Below, one piece after another: positions 28,159 to 42,747 of a stretch of DNA of 64,000 nucleotides; the first letter of the stretch is position 1, and every line of letters begins with the position of its first letter. Position numbers and translations under genes: made by a program. Under the pieces are notes generated by a model, which saw only the letters and a program-made list of their open reading frames with translations, searched no databases and had not been told where the DNA came from. Source of the DNA: Eledone cirrhosa (taxonomy: Eukaryota); NCBI GenBank assembly GCA_964016885.1, contig OZ024740.1:440634001-440698000 (forward strand), given 5' to 3'.

Positions 28159-31100
28159 ATATATAGTGTATATACAGTGTATATATAGTATATATATATG
28201 AGTTGTGACGACACTGGTGCCAAGCTGTATCATATATAGTGTATACACAGTGTATATATAGTATATATATATGAGTTGTGACGACACTGGTGCCAAGCTC
28301 TATCATATATAGTATATACACAGTGTATATATAGTATATATATATGAGTTGTGACGACACTGGTGCCAAGCTGTATCATATATAGTATATACACAGTGTA
28401 TATATAGTATATATATATGAGTTGTGACGACACTGGTGCCAAGCTCTATCATATATAGTATATACACAGTGTATATATAGTATATATATATGAGTTGTGA
28501 CGACACTGGTGCTAAGCTATATCATATATAGTATATACACAGTGTATATATAGTATATATATATATATGAGTTGTGACGACACTGGTGCCAAGCTGTATC
28601 ATATATAGTATATACACAGTGTATATATAGTATATATATATGAGTTGTGACGACACTGGTGCCAAGCTGTATCATATATAGTGTATACACAGTGTATATA
28701 TAGTATATATATATGAGTTGTGACGACACTGGTGCCAAGCTGTATCATATATAGTATATACACAGTGTATATATAGTATATATATATATATATGAGTTGT
28801 GACGACACTGGTGCCAAGCTGTATCATATATAGTATATACACAGTGTATATATAGTATATATATATATATATGAGTTGTGACGACACTGGTGCCAAGCTC
28901 TATCATATATAGTATATACACAGTGTATATATAGTATATATATATATATATGAGTTGTGACGACACTGGTGCCAAGCTCTATCATATATAGTATATACAC
29001 AGTGTATATATAGTATATATATATGAGTTGTGACGACACTGGTGCCAAGCTCTATCATATATAGTATATACACAGTGTATATATAGTATATATATATATA
29101 TGAGTTGTGACGACACTGGTGCCAAGCTGTATCATATATAGTATATACACAGTGTATATATAGTATATATATATGAGTTGTGACGACACTGGTGCCAAGC
29201 TCTATCATATATAGTGTATACACAGTGTATATATAGTATATATATATATATGAGTTGTGACGACACTGGTGCCAAGATGTATCATATATAGTATATACAC
29301 AGTGTATATATAGTATATATATATGAGTTGTGACGACACTGGTGCCAAGCTGTATCATATATAGTATATACACAGTGTATATATAGTATATATATGAGTT
29401 GTGACGACACTGGTGCCAAGATGTATCATATATAGTATATACACAGTGTATATATAGTATATATATATGAGTTGTGACGACACTGGTGCCAAGATGTATC
29501 ATATATAGTATATACACAGTGTATATATAGTATATATATATGAGTTGTGACGACACTGGTGCCAAGCTGTATCATATATAGTATATACACAGTGTATATA
29601 TAGTATATATATATGAGTTGTGACGACACTGGTGCCAAGATGTATCATATATAGTATATACACAGTGTATATATAGTATATATATATGAGTTGTGACGAC
29701 ACTGGTGCCAAGCTCTATCATATATAGTATATACACAGTGTATATATAGTATATATATGAGTTGTGACGACACTGGTGCCAAGCTCTATCATATATAGTA
29801 TATACACAGTGTATATATAGTATATATATATGAGTTGTGACGACACTGGTGCCAAGATGTATCATATATAGTATATACACAGTGTATATATAGTGTATAT
29901 ATATGAGTTGTGACGACACTGGTGCCAAGCTCTATCATTTATAGTATATACACAGTGTATATATAGTATATATATATATATGAGTTGTGACGACACTGGT
30001 GTTAAGCTCTATCATATATAGTGTATACACAGTGTATATATAGTATATATATATATATGAGTTGTGACGACACTGGTGCTAAGCTGTATCATATATAGTA
30101 TATACACAGTGTATATATAGTATATATATATATATGAGTTGTGACGACACTGGTGCTAAGCTGTATCATATATAGTATATACACAGTGTATATATAGTAT
30201 ATATATATGAGTTGTGACGACACTGGTGCTAAGCTGTATCATATATAGTATATACACAGTGTATATATAGTATATATATATATATGAGTTGTGACGACAC
30301 TGGTGCCAAGCTGTATCATATATAGTATATACACAGTGTATATATAGTATATATATATGAGTTGTGACGACACTGGTGCCAAGCTCTATCATATATAGTA
30401 TATACACAGTGTATATATAGTGTATATATATATGAGTTGTGACGACACTGGTGCCAAGCTGTATCATATATAGTATATACACAGTGTATATATAGTATAT
30501 ATATATGAGTTGTGACGACACTGGTGCTAAGCTGTATCATATATAGTATATACACAGTGTATATATAGTATATATATATGAGTTGTGACGACACTGGTGC
30601 TAAGCTCTATCATATATAGTATATACACAGTGTATATATAGTATATATATATGAGTTGTGACGACACTGGTGCCAAGCTGTATCATATATAGTATATACA
30701 CAGTGTATATATAGTATATATATATGAGTTGTGACGACACTGGTGCCAAGCTGTATCATATATAGTATATACACAGTGTATATATAGTATATATATATGA
30801 GTTGTGACGACACTGGTGCCAAGCTGTATCATATATAGTATATACACAGTGTATATATAGTATATATATATGAGTTGTGACGACACTGGTGCCAAGCTCT
30901 ATCATATATAGTATATACACAGTGTATATATAGTATATATATATGAGTTGTGACGACACTGGTGCCAAGCTCTATCATATATAGTATATACACAGTGTAT
31001 ATATAGTATATATATATGAGTTGTGACGACACTGGTGCCAAGCTCTATCATATATAGTATATACACAGTGTATATATAGTATATATATATGAGTTGTGAC

Positions 31101-34100
31101 GACACTGGTGCCAAGCTCTATCATATATAGTATATACACAGTGTATATATAGTATATATATATGAGTTGTGACGACACTGGTGCCAAGCTCTATCATATA
31201 TAGTGTATACACAGTGTATATATAGTATATATATATGAGTTGTGACGACACTGGTGCCAAGCTGTATCATATATAGTATATACACAGTGTATATATAGTG
31301 TATATATATGAGTTGTGACGACACTGGTGCCAAGCTGTATCATATATAGTGTATACACAGTGTATATATAGTATATATATATATATGAGTTGTGACGACA
31401 CTGGTGCCAAGCTGTATCATATATAGTGTATACACAGTGTATATATAGTATATATATATATATGAGTTGTGACGACACTGGTGCTAAGCTGTATCATATA
31501 TAGTATATACACAGTGTATATATAGTATATATATATATATGAGTTGTGACGACACTGGTGCCAAGCTCTATCATATATAGTGTATACACAGTGTATATAT
31601 AGTGTATATATATATATGAGTTGTGACGACACTGGTGCCAAGCTGTATCATATATAGTGTATACACAGTGTATATATAGTATATATATATGAGTTGTGAC
31701 GACACTGGTGCCAAGCTCTATCATATATAGTGTATACACAGTGTATATATAGTATATATATATGAGTTGTGACGACACTGGTGCCAAGCTCTATCATATA
31801 TAGTGTATACACAGTGTATATATAGTGTATATATATATATGAGTTGTGACGACACTGGTGCCAAGATGTATCATATATAGTATATACACAGTGTATATAT
31901 AGTATATATATATATATGAGTTGTGACGACACTGGTGCCAAGCTGTATCATATATAGTGTATACACAGTGTATATATAGTATATATATATATATGAGTTG
32001 TGACGACACTGGTGTTAAGCTCTATCATATATAGTATATACACAGTGTATATATAGTATATATATATGAGTTGTGACGACACTGGTGCCAAGCTCTATCA
32101 TATATAGTATATACACAGTGTATATATAGTATATATATATGAGTTGTGACGACACTGGTGCCAAGCTCTATCATATATAGTATATACACAGTGTATATAT
32201 AGTATATATATATGAGTTGTGACGACACTGGTGCTAAGCTATATCATATATAGTATATTCACAGTGTATATATAGTATATATATATGAGTTGTGACGACA
32301 CTGGTGCCAAGCTCTATCATATATAGTGTATACACAGTGTATATATAGTATATATATATGAGTTGTGACGACACTGGTGCCAAGCTATATCATATATAGT
32401 ATATACACAGTGTATATATAGTATATATATATATATGAGTTGTGACGACACTGGTGCTAAGCTGTATCATATATAGTGTATACACAGTGTATATATAGTA
32501 TATATATATGAGTTGTGACGACACTGGTGCCAAGCTATATCATATATAGTATATACACAGTGTATATATAGTATATATATATATATGAGTTGTGACGACA
32601 CTGGTGCTAAGCTGTATCATATATAGTGTATACACAGTGTATATATAGTATATATATATATATATGAGTTGTGACCACACTGGTGCTAAGCTGTATCATA
32701 TATAGTGTATACACAGTGTATATATAGTATATATATATATATGAGTTGTGACGACACTGGTGCCAAGCTGTATCATATATAGTATATACACAGTGTATAT
32801 ATAGTATATATATATGAGTTGTGACGACACTGGTGCTAAGCTATATCATATATAGTATATACACAGTGTATATATAGTATATATATATGAGTTGTGACGA
32901 CACTGGTGCTAAGCTATATCATATATAGTATATACACAGTGTATATATAGTATATATATATGAGTTGTGACGACACTGGTGCCAAGCTCTATCATATATA
33001 GTGTATACACAGTGTATATATAGTATATATATATATATGAGTTGTGACGACACTGGTGCTAAGCTGTATCATATATAGTATATACACAGTGTATATATAG
33101 TATATATATATGAGTTGTGACGACACTGGTGCTAAGCTGTATCATATATAGTATATACACAGTGTATATATAGTATATATATATGAGTTGTGACGACACT
33201 GGTGCCAAGCTCTATCATATATAGTATATACACAGTGTATATATAGTATATATATATATGAGTTGTGACGACACTGGTGCCAAGATGTATCATATATAGT
33301 ATATACACAGTGTATATATAGTATATATATATGAGTTGTGACGACACTGGTGCCAAGCTGTATCATATATAGTGTATACACAGTGTATATATAGTATATA
33401 TATATATATGAGTTGTGACGACACTGGTGCCAAGCTGTATCATATATAGTATATACACAGTGTATATATAGTATATATATATGAGTTGTGACGACACTGG
33501 TGCCAAGCTATATCATATATAGTATATACACAGTGTATATATAGTATATATATATGAGTTGTGACGACACTGGTGCCAAGCTGTATCATATATAGTATAT
33601 ACACAGTGTATATATAGTATATATATATATATGAGTTGTGACGACACTGGTGCCAAGCTGTATCATATATAGTATATACACAGTGTATATATAGTATATA
33701 TATATATATGAGTTGTGACGACACTGGTGCCAAGCTCTATCATATATAGTGTATACACAGTGTATATATATATATATATATATGAGTTGTGACGACACTG
33801 GTGCTAAGATGTATCATATATAGTATATACACAGTGTATATATAGTATATATATATATATGAGTTGTGACGACACTGGTGCCAAGCTGTATCATATATAG
33901 TATATACACAGTGTATATATAGTATATATATATATATGAGTTGTGACGACACTGGTGTTAAGCTCTATCATATATAGTATATACACAGTGTATATATAGT
34001 ATATATATATGAGTTGTGACGACACTGGTGCCAAGCTCTATCATATATAGTATATACACAGTGTATATATAGTATATATATATGAGTTGTGACGACACTG

Positions 34101-37100
34101 GTGCCAAGCTCTATCATATATAGTATATACACAGTGTATATATAGTATATATATATGAGTTGTGACGACACTGGTGCTAAGCTATATCATATATAGTATA
34201 TACACAGTGTATATATAGTATATATATATGAGTTGTGACGACACTGGTGCCAAGCTCTATCATATATAGTGTATACACAGTGTATATATAGTATATATAT
34301 ATGAGTTGTGACGACACTGGTGCCAAGCTATATCATATATAGTATATACACAGTGTATATATAGTATATATATATATATGAGTTGTGACGACACTGGTGC
34401 TAAGCTGTATCATATATAGTGTATACACAGTGTATATATAGTATATATATATGAGTTGTGACGACACTGGTGCCAAGCTATATCATATATAGTATATACA
34501 CAGTGTATATATAGTATATATATATATATGAGTTGTGACGACACTGGTGCTAAGCTGTATCATATATAGTGTATACACAGTGTATATATAGTATATATAT
34601 ATATATATGAGTTGTGACCACACTGGTGCTAAGCTGTATCATATATAGTGTATACACAGTGTATATATAGTATATATATATATATGAGTTGTGACGACAC
34701 TGGTGCCAAGCTGTATCATATATAGTATATACACAGTGTATATATAGTATATATATATGAGTTGTGACGACACTGGTGCTAAGCTATATCATATATAGTA
34801 TATACACAGTGTATATATAGTATATATATATGAGTTGTGACGACACTGGTGCTAAGCTATATCATATATAGTATATACACAGTGTATATATAGTATATAT
34901 ATATGAGTTGTGACGACACTGGTGCCAAGCTCTATCATATATAGTGTATACACAGTGTATATATAGTATATATATATATATGAGTTGTGACGACACTGGT
35001 GCTAAGCTGTATCATATATAGTATATACACAGTGTATATATAGTATATATATATGAGTTGTGACGACACTGGTGCTAAGCTGTATCATATATAGTATATA
35101 CACAGTGTATATATAGTATATATATATGAGTTGTGACGACACTGGTGCCAAGCTCTATCATATATAGTATATACACAGTGTATATATAGTATATATATAT
35201 GAGTTGTGACGACACTGGTGCCAAGATGTATCATATATAGTATATACACAGTGTATATATATAGTATATATATATGAGTTGTGACGACACTGGTGCCAAG
35301 CTGTATCATATATAGTGTATACACAGTGTATATATAGTATATATATATATATGAGTTGTGACGACACTGGTGCCAAGCTGTATCATATATAGTATATACA
35401 CAGTGTATATATAGTATATATATATGAGTTGTGACGACACTGGTGCCAAGCTATATCATATATAGTATATACACAGTGTATATATAGTATATATATATGA
35501 GTTGTGACGACACTGGTGCCAAGCTGTATCATATATAGTATATACACAGTGTATATATAGTATATATATATATATGAGTTGTGACGACACTGGTGCCAAG
35601 CTGTATCATATATAGTATATACACAGTGTATATATAGTATATATATATATATGAGTTGTGACGACACTGGTGCCAAGCTCTATCATATATAGTGTATACA
35701 CAGTGTATATATATATATATATATATGAGTTGTGACGACACTGGTGCTAAGATGTATCATATATAGTATATACACAGTGTATATATAGTATATATATATA
35801 TATGAGTTGTGACGACACTGGTGCCAAGCTGTATCATATATAGTATATACACAGTGTATATATAGTATATATATATATATGAGTTGTGACGACACTGGTG
35901 CCAAGCTCTATCATATATAGTGTATACACAGTGTATATATATATATATATATATGAGTTGTGACGACACTGGTGCTAAGCTGTATCATATATAGTATATA
36001 CACAGTGTATATATAGTATATATATATATATGAGTTGTGACGACACTGGTGCCAAGCTGTATCATATATAGTATATACACAGTGTATATATAGTATATAT
36101 ATATATATGAGTTGTGACGACACTGGTGCCAAGCTCTATCATATATAGTGTATACACAGTGTATATATATATATATATATATATGAGTTGTGACGACACT
36201 GGTGCCAAGCTGTATCATATATAGTATATACACAGTGTATATATAGTATATATATATATATGAGTTGTGACGACACTGGTGCCAAGATGTATCATATATA
36301 GTATATACACAGTGTATATATAGTATATATATATGAGTTGTGACGACACTGGTGCCAAGCTCTATCATATATAGTGTATACACAGTGTATATATAGTATA
36401 TATATATATATGAGTTGTGACGACACTGGTGCTAAGCTGTATCATATATAGTATATACACAGTGTATATATAGTATATATATATATATGAGTTGTGACGA
36501 CACTGGTGCCAAGCTGTATCATATATAGTATATACACAGTGTATATATAGTATATATATATGAGTTGTGACGACACTGGTGCCAAGCTGTATCACATATA
36601 GTATATACACAGTGTATATATAGTATATATATATGAGTTGTGACGACACTGGTGCTAAGCTGTATCATATATAGTATATACACAGTGTATATATAGTATA
36701 TATATATGAGTTGTGACGACACTGGTGCCAAGCTGTATCATATATAGTATATACACAGTGTATATATAGTATATACACAGTGTATATATAGTATATATAT
36801 ATGAGTTGTGACGACACTGGTGCCAAGCTGTATCATATATAGTATATACACAGTGTATATATAGTATATATATATATATGAGTTGTGACGACACTGGTGC
36901 CAAGCTGTATCATATATTGTGTATACACAGTGTATACACTGTGTATATATACTATATATGATACAGCTTGGCACCAGTGTCGTCACAACTCATATATATA
37001 TACTATATATACACTGTGTATATATACTATATATGATACAGCTTGGCACCAGTGTCGTCACAACTCATATATATATACTATATATACACTGTGTATATAC

Positions 37101-37176
37101 TATATATGATACAGCTTAGCACCAGTGTCGTCACAACTCATATATATATACTATATATACACTGTGTATATACTGT
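28129..37176. repeat. 73-79-bp satellite, ~120 monomers (GAGTTGTGACGACACTGGTGCCAAGCTGTATC plus AT-rich imperfect hairpin); last ~3 monomers inverted
   Basis: Tandem monomers seen directly; length varies by (AT) units; orientation switch at ~36935. Confidence 0.98.
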
Positions 37177-38781
37177 AACCCATGTGCAACCACGCAGTAT
37201 TCTTTCTTCTCATTTTTTAAAATATATATTTACCTCGGCTGCGTTTGTCTGTTTCTCTTTTACTGCTTCCCCGATCTCTCTGTTTCTCTCACCTTCTTTC
37301 GCCCTTTCTGTCAGTTACACTTTCTCTCGGCTGACCTCTTCCTCGCACCTCCACTCACTCACTCTCTGTTTCTCCCCTTCTCACTTCCTCCCGTTTGGCT
37401 AGTTGTAGGTTCTCTTCTTGCTCACATCTCACTCACGTCGGACGGTCTGTTCCTTGATCGCTCATGAAATCCACCCAGCTTATGCTGACCAGATAACCAT
37501 GTTGCTTGTTTATTCCCATCTTTGGGTTGCTTTCTTCCTTCTATGTTGTTTACTTGTCTCACTCGCTTTACGCGATTTACTTGTCCCAATAGCTTTTTTT
37601 AGTTATTGCTCGCACCAACCTGAGGTACATGATTTTTAATGCGATGAAATAACAATGATGGTTGGCAAATCACTGACGAAGGACTAATTTTATCATATGT
37701 AACCCATGTGCAACCACGCAGTATTCTTCTTTCTTCTCATGTTTTCTATATATATATATATATAATGGCGTAATCTATATACAAGTTTCACCGCTTTCAT
37801 TAACCACGTGGTCGGCATGTTAGTCTACAGAAGTTCAAACTAAACAATCACCTAACCAATCTGACCTGTTTATGACGGCCATTAACATTTGTAGGTACTC
37901 AGCTTTCTCCTCTGTCTAAATAAAATAACACATTCTCTCTGCCGGGGCTGTGGGGCGGCCAGTGAGCGGACCCCCAGTTGCTCATAAGAGATAGGAAGAG
38001 CGGAAGAGACGGAGGCAGTGACAGTGGGAGTTTGGTTCCTTTGTGTTCGGACCTGGTTTTTATACATGTATATATTTCACCTCTTATCAACCATAATACG
38101 GCATGTATGTTTGTATATTTATATAAATTGTTTAATTAACTCTTCAAAAATGATAGCTAGTTTTATTCAATTCTATATCAGCGATATTTATTCTGTAATC
38201 TCGAAGGAATTACTGATAAAGAATTTACGTTTCCATAATTTACTAACGGACGTTAATACCATTTTATTATCATTATGGTGTAAAAAAAAAAACCTAATTT
38301 TCGATGAGAATTCTAGATGGCTTTAAAAGATAGAGAATTGTGGATTATATATCTTCATGGAAAACTATTAAGGATTTTAAATATGCAAATCGTTGAATTC
38401 ATTATTCTTGAAAAATGTGCCGTCAAAAACATAATGTAAGCTCATAAAATGTTGATGGGTTTATAATATTTAATCAATTTAAATATCTATATAGCTGGCA
38501 TTAGCCCCATTATTATGAACGTAACATAGCCATTTGGTTAAGAAGTTTGATTCACAATCATGAGGCTTCGTGTTCGGAGTCAGTGTGTAGTATCTTGACC
38601 AAGTGGGGTTTTGTTTACCATTTCCTCAGATCAACCAACGTCTTGTGGGTGAAATTGTATAGAGAAACTATTTGGAAGCTCGCCGGATGGTCCGTTCCTG
38701 TAATTCAAAAAGTCATTCTCGTTACACATTGTGTCAAATTAAACCTCCATGAGAGTTACCTTTCTGTGGTACATATATATA

Positions 38782-39126
38782 TAGTGTACCCCCGGCATTC
38801 GCGGTCCCGACATTGGCAGTCCCGGTTATTCACAGAATTTTCCTTAGAACCTAACTAATAATTGGCTGTAGAAACCACCGCATGTTCCCGGAATCGTAAA
38901 TATCTTCCGCGATATGTTATGGCTTTTTTTTGTGGCAATATATATTTTTTCACGCTTTTCAACACTAAATTATTAATAACAATTTATCGTATTTGCCGGT
39001 CTATATTTTACGTTATATTTTGACGTTTATAGGCATTTTTATGGACCACGTCCAATATTCGCTGTTTTTCACTCTTCGCGAGTGCTCTAGGAACGTAACC
39101 CCCGCGAATACCGGGGAAGAAATGTA
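38782..39126. mobile_element. MITE / non-autonomous Tc1-mariner/pogo-type DNA transposon
   Basis: Imperfect TIRs cccggcattcgcgg / ccgcgaataccgggg, TA at both flanks, no ORF. Confidence 0.6.
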
Positions 39127-39127
39127 T

Positions 39128-39290
39128 ATAATAAAGGGCCCGACGGCTGAGCTCTTGCCATTTCAACAGCGAGTCCAGAACTAGCTGTTGAAACGACAAG
39201 AGCTCAGCGATCAGGTCCCGACTCTTTATAATACTGTCATACTCTACCACCTCAAGTATCGAGTACTCTGTTGAGTAATGGTTATTTATT
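39128..39290. repeat. Degenerate fold-back of a half-hammerhead repeat related to 22125-22322
   Basis: gctgagctcttgccatttcaacagc..gctgttgaaacgacaagagctcagc and tail tactctaccacctcaagtatcgagtact. Confidence 0.6.
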
Positions 39291-39294
39291 TATA

Positions 39295-39634
39295 AGTTTA
39301 TTTACTTGTCACTAGTTGGTTTGTTTTATCTGTGTGTATCTGGTTTGTTTTGTTAGTTTGGTTTTTGTGTGTGTCTGTATGTCTTCATTTTGTCCTTAAT
39401 TACTAATTGTGATATTACTATTCCACTCATGTTTCTTGTTTAATTTTGGTTGGAGTTCGTTTCTATTTGTCGCATCTGTAATTTGTCTGAGCATTGCATC
39501 TTTTCTGTGTGTGGATATAATTTTTATCTCTCTGTTCTCTAATGGGCCCCTATGTTTTAAAATAAATTGTAGTGAAAAACAACAGGGGCGTGTGTTTTTA
39601 TTGGCAGCATGACCCTCCCAAAGAGTATAACAAA

Positions 39635-39636
<2 letters not shown>
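39295..39636 (-). mobile_element. PLE GIY-YIG C-terminal fragment related to 42128-42397, with a short piece of the terminal sequence
   Basis: IKIISTHRKDAMLRQITDA..PKLNKKHEWNSNIT; 39590-39634 matches 42860-42905. Confidence 0.75.
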
Positions 39637-39665
<29 letters not shown>

Positions 39666-39666
39666 G

Positions 39667-39723
<57 letters not shown>

Positions 39724-39880
39724 AAAGAATAGAGGTGTAACACACAAGTTATTATATATTGGTAAACGGAATAGAAAATGCTGACAAATTGTTCACAGTT
39801 GAAAAATGGTTTAATTAGGAATAAAAGAGTATTAGTGATTGTATGGGTTAGTATTCAGTTGTGGTTTTAAGTTTTTAAGT

Positions 39881-39917
39881 TTTTACCGGTTGCGCATTTC
39901 TAAATGCTTTTCAAAAA
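39881..39917 (-). ncRNA. Hammerhead-like motif, U3-A8 / GCAA variant (second copy)
   Basis: Reverse complement ttt-TTGAAAA-gcattt ag aaatgc-GCAA-ccgg-TA-aaa. Confidence 0.5.
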
Positions 39918-40204
39918 TAATTTTGAGACAGAGTGTCCGTGCTGTTTGCTCTGATCTGATTAGTTTGGGGAATTCTACCTGTTTTTATGTTAAAAAAGTG
40001 GCCCTAGCGCTACTTTGTTGTTGCAAAAATTATTGTGGTCAAAACAATTTTGATTGGTCGGTAGAGGTCATGTGAATGTAAAAAATTGGTTTTGCGCCAA
40101 GACTGTTTTTATGTTAAAAAAGTGGCTCCAGCACTACTTGGTGTTTGCAAAAATTCTTGTGGTCAAAACAATTTTGATTGGTCGGTAGAGGCCATGTGAA
40201 TAAA

Positions 40205-40610
40205 AAATTGGACATGCGGAAAGTCTGCGCGAAGATGGTGCCAAAACTGCTGAAGGATGACCAGAAGGGTCGACGCATGCAATTGTGCCAGTACATCCTC
40301 GAGCGTCTTGAAACCGAACCAGACTTGCTAGGGACAGTCATCACCGGTGATGAGTCATGGATCTTCGAGTACGACCCGAAGGGGACCCGTTTTGAAGACG
40401 TGGATGACATCAAAAAGGCCGTGACGATGGAACTGCGGAGGATCCCGGAAGAATCCTTCCAGAAGTGCATGCATGCGTGGCAGAAAAGGATAGAAAAGTG
40501 AATTAGACTCCAGGGGGGTTATTTGAAGGAGAAAACTCTTAGTGTGAAGTTTGGGTTTGAAATAAATCTTTGGTGACATCAGTCCTGGAAATTTTCTGAC
40601 ACACCTCGTA
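40205..40610 (+). mobile_element. Internally deleted mariner transposon (transposase fragments and 3' TIR)
   Basis: RKVCAKMVPKLL, ITGDESWIFEYDP fused to KGTRFEDVDDIK..W.KR; terminus ttttctgacacacctcg-TA. Confidence 0.88.
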
Positions 40611-40818
40611 TATATATATATATATATGAAAAAAAGGAAAAGAATGACTTTACTTGTAGTTCTAAATAATTTGATTTAATTTTATAATATTATAATAATA
40701 TGAGTTGGTTAAATCAAATTATTTAGAACTACAAGTGATCTTTCCCTATTTTCAAATATACCTAACTGTACCAAGGACCTCACATTTTCCAATATATATA
40801 TATATATATATTAGAAGG

Positions 40819-40903
40819 GGTCTGACGAGCCGCGGTTTACAGAGTCAGGACAGATCGATACAGATCGAACCTTGAGTTGGTGAGTGACGAAACGCGCGTC
40901 ACC
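40819..40903 (+). ncRNA. Type I hammerhead motif with extended stem II
   Basis: ggt-CTGACGA-gccgc..(~50 nt)..gtgac-GAAA-cgcgcg-TC-acc then aaccaataaa; palindromic ACGCGCGT. Confidence 0.75.
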
Positions 40904-41057
40904 AACCAATAAACGTAATGAAGGAGTAACCAATCGTCCTTGTTATCTTATTTAACTATAATACACTCTGTATAACTCTACACCTCGACACTGCAGTGAA
41001 CCTAAACATCGAGTGCTCACCCGGGTGAACCTACAGTAACTCCAAGTTACACTCCCT

Positions 41058-41125
<68 letters not shown>

Positions 41126-41570
41126 TTCAAGAGTAACCAATCTTAAAGAGGGAGATGGAGATAGGAGAGGAGATATGAGAGGAGAGATTCGTGAGTTAGT
41201 TAGAAGCCAAAGCGTAAAGGCATGTGCTCAATGTGCAATATGCAGTAGAAAGCAGCTAGGTGGCTGGGTTCATGCAGAAGTTAGGTGCGCAGAGCTGGAA
41301 ATATTCATTAGTTAAGCAAAACAAGACCACAAACTTCACAAGGAAGACATTATTAAATGATTGTCAACATATTTTAGTTTGATGTAAGGAATGTAGAGAA
41401 TAATAATAATAATATTGTTATACTTTGGGAGGGTCATGTTGCCAATAAGAAACACACGCACCAGTTGCTTTCACTTCAATTTAATTTATTAAATATTTAT
41501 AAATTTACAAATTTATAAATTTCTGGTTGGTTGGTTGGTTCCACAACCAGATAGTTGTTTATATATATAT

Positions 41571-41615
41571 AGTCATAGTTCTTTCGTCACACACTCTGTG
41601 ACCTCTTCAGTGACT
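41571..41615 (-). ncRNA. Minimal type I hammerhead motif (left arm)
   Basis: Reverse complement agtca-CTGAAGA-g gtcac agagtgt gtgac-GAAA-gaac-TA-tgact. Confidence 0.78.
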
Positions 41616-42702
41616 GGGGATTTCTTTCTTCGTTTCTGTGCCTTCCCTTTCTTCTATCCTACGCCATTTTGTTTGTGTGTGGGTTGCGTGCTCAGTTTGC
41701 GCATGCGCCACATCCGGGTGTCTGTGTGTGTTTGTGTTCATTTTTCTATTTTTCTATTTATATTTTTCTATTTGTTTGTTTATTTATTTATTTATTGTTG
41801 GTTGGTTGTTTGTTCTATGTGTGTGTGTGTTTTCATTTTGTCTTGTGTGTGTTTTCATTTTGTGTGTGTTTTCAATTGTAAGTTGTTTGTTCTATGTGTG
41901 TGTGTGTTTTCATTTTGTCCTTAATTGTAAGTTGTGATGTTGCTGTTCCACTCATATTTTCTATTTAATTTTGGTTTTAATTCTTTTATGCTTACTGCCT
42001 CTGTAATTTGCCTAAACATTGCGTCTTTCTTGTGTGTGGATTCTATTTTTATTTCTATGCTCTCTAATTTACCCCTGTAATATATAGCATAAGATGTACT
42101 GAAGGACAATGTAGAAACAAAAATGTAGTGTACATAGGTGAGACAGCTCGTAGTATAGGGGAACGAATAAATGAACACTGGCGAGACCTCCAAGATAGTA
42201 AAGAATCATCTGTGCTCTACCAACATGCTAAGATAGAACACAGGGGTAAATTAGAGAGCATAGAAATAAAAATAGAATCCACACACAAGAAAGACGCAAT
42301 GTTTAGGCAAATTACAGAGGCAGTAAGCATAAAAGAATTAAAACCAAAATTAAATAGAAAATATGAGTGGAACAGCAACATCACAACTTACAATTAAGGA
42401 CAAAATGAAAACACACACACACATAGAACAAACAACTTACAATTGAAAACACACACAAAATGAAAACACACACAAGACAAAATGAAAACACACACACACA
42501 TAGAACAAACAACCAACCAACAATAAATAAATAAATAAACAAACAAATAGAAAAATATAAATAGAAAAATAGAAAAATGAACACAAACACACACAGACAC
42601 CCGGATGTGGCGCATGCGCAAACTGAGCACGCAACCCACACACAAACAAAATGGCGTAGGATAGAAGAAAGGGAAGGCACAGAAACGAAGAAAGAAATCC
42701 CC

Positions 42703-42747
42703 AGTCACTGAAGAGGTCACAGGGTGTGTGACGAAAGAACTATGACT
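42703..42747 (+). ncRNA. Minimal type I hammerhead motif (right arm)
   Basis: agtca-CTGAAGA-g gtcac agggtgt gtgac-GAAA-gaac-TA-tgact. Confidence 0.78.

Noticed and set aside
28129-37176. CRISPR-like repeat/spacer periodicity
   Set aside because: Spacers are near-identical AT-rich units, there are no cas genes, and the context is eukaryotic; it is a satellite
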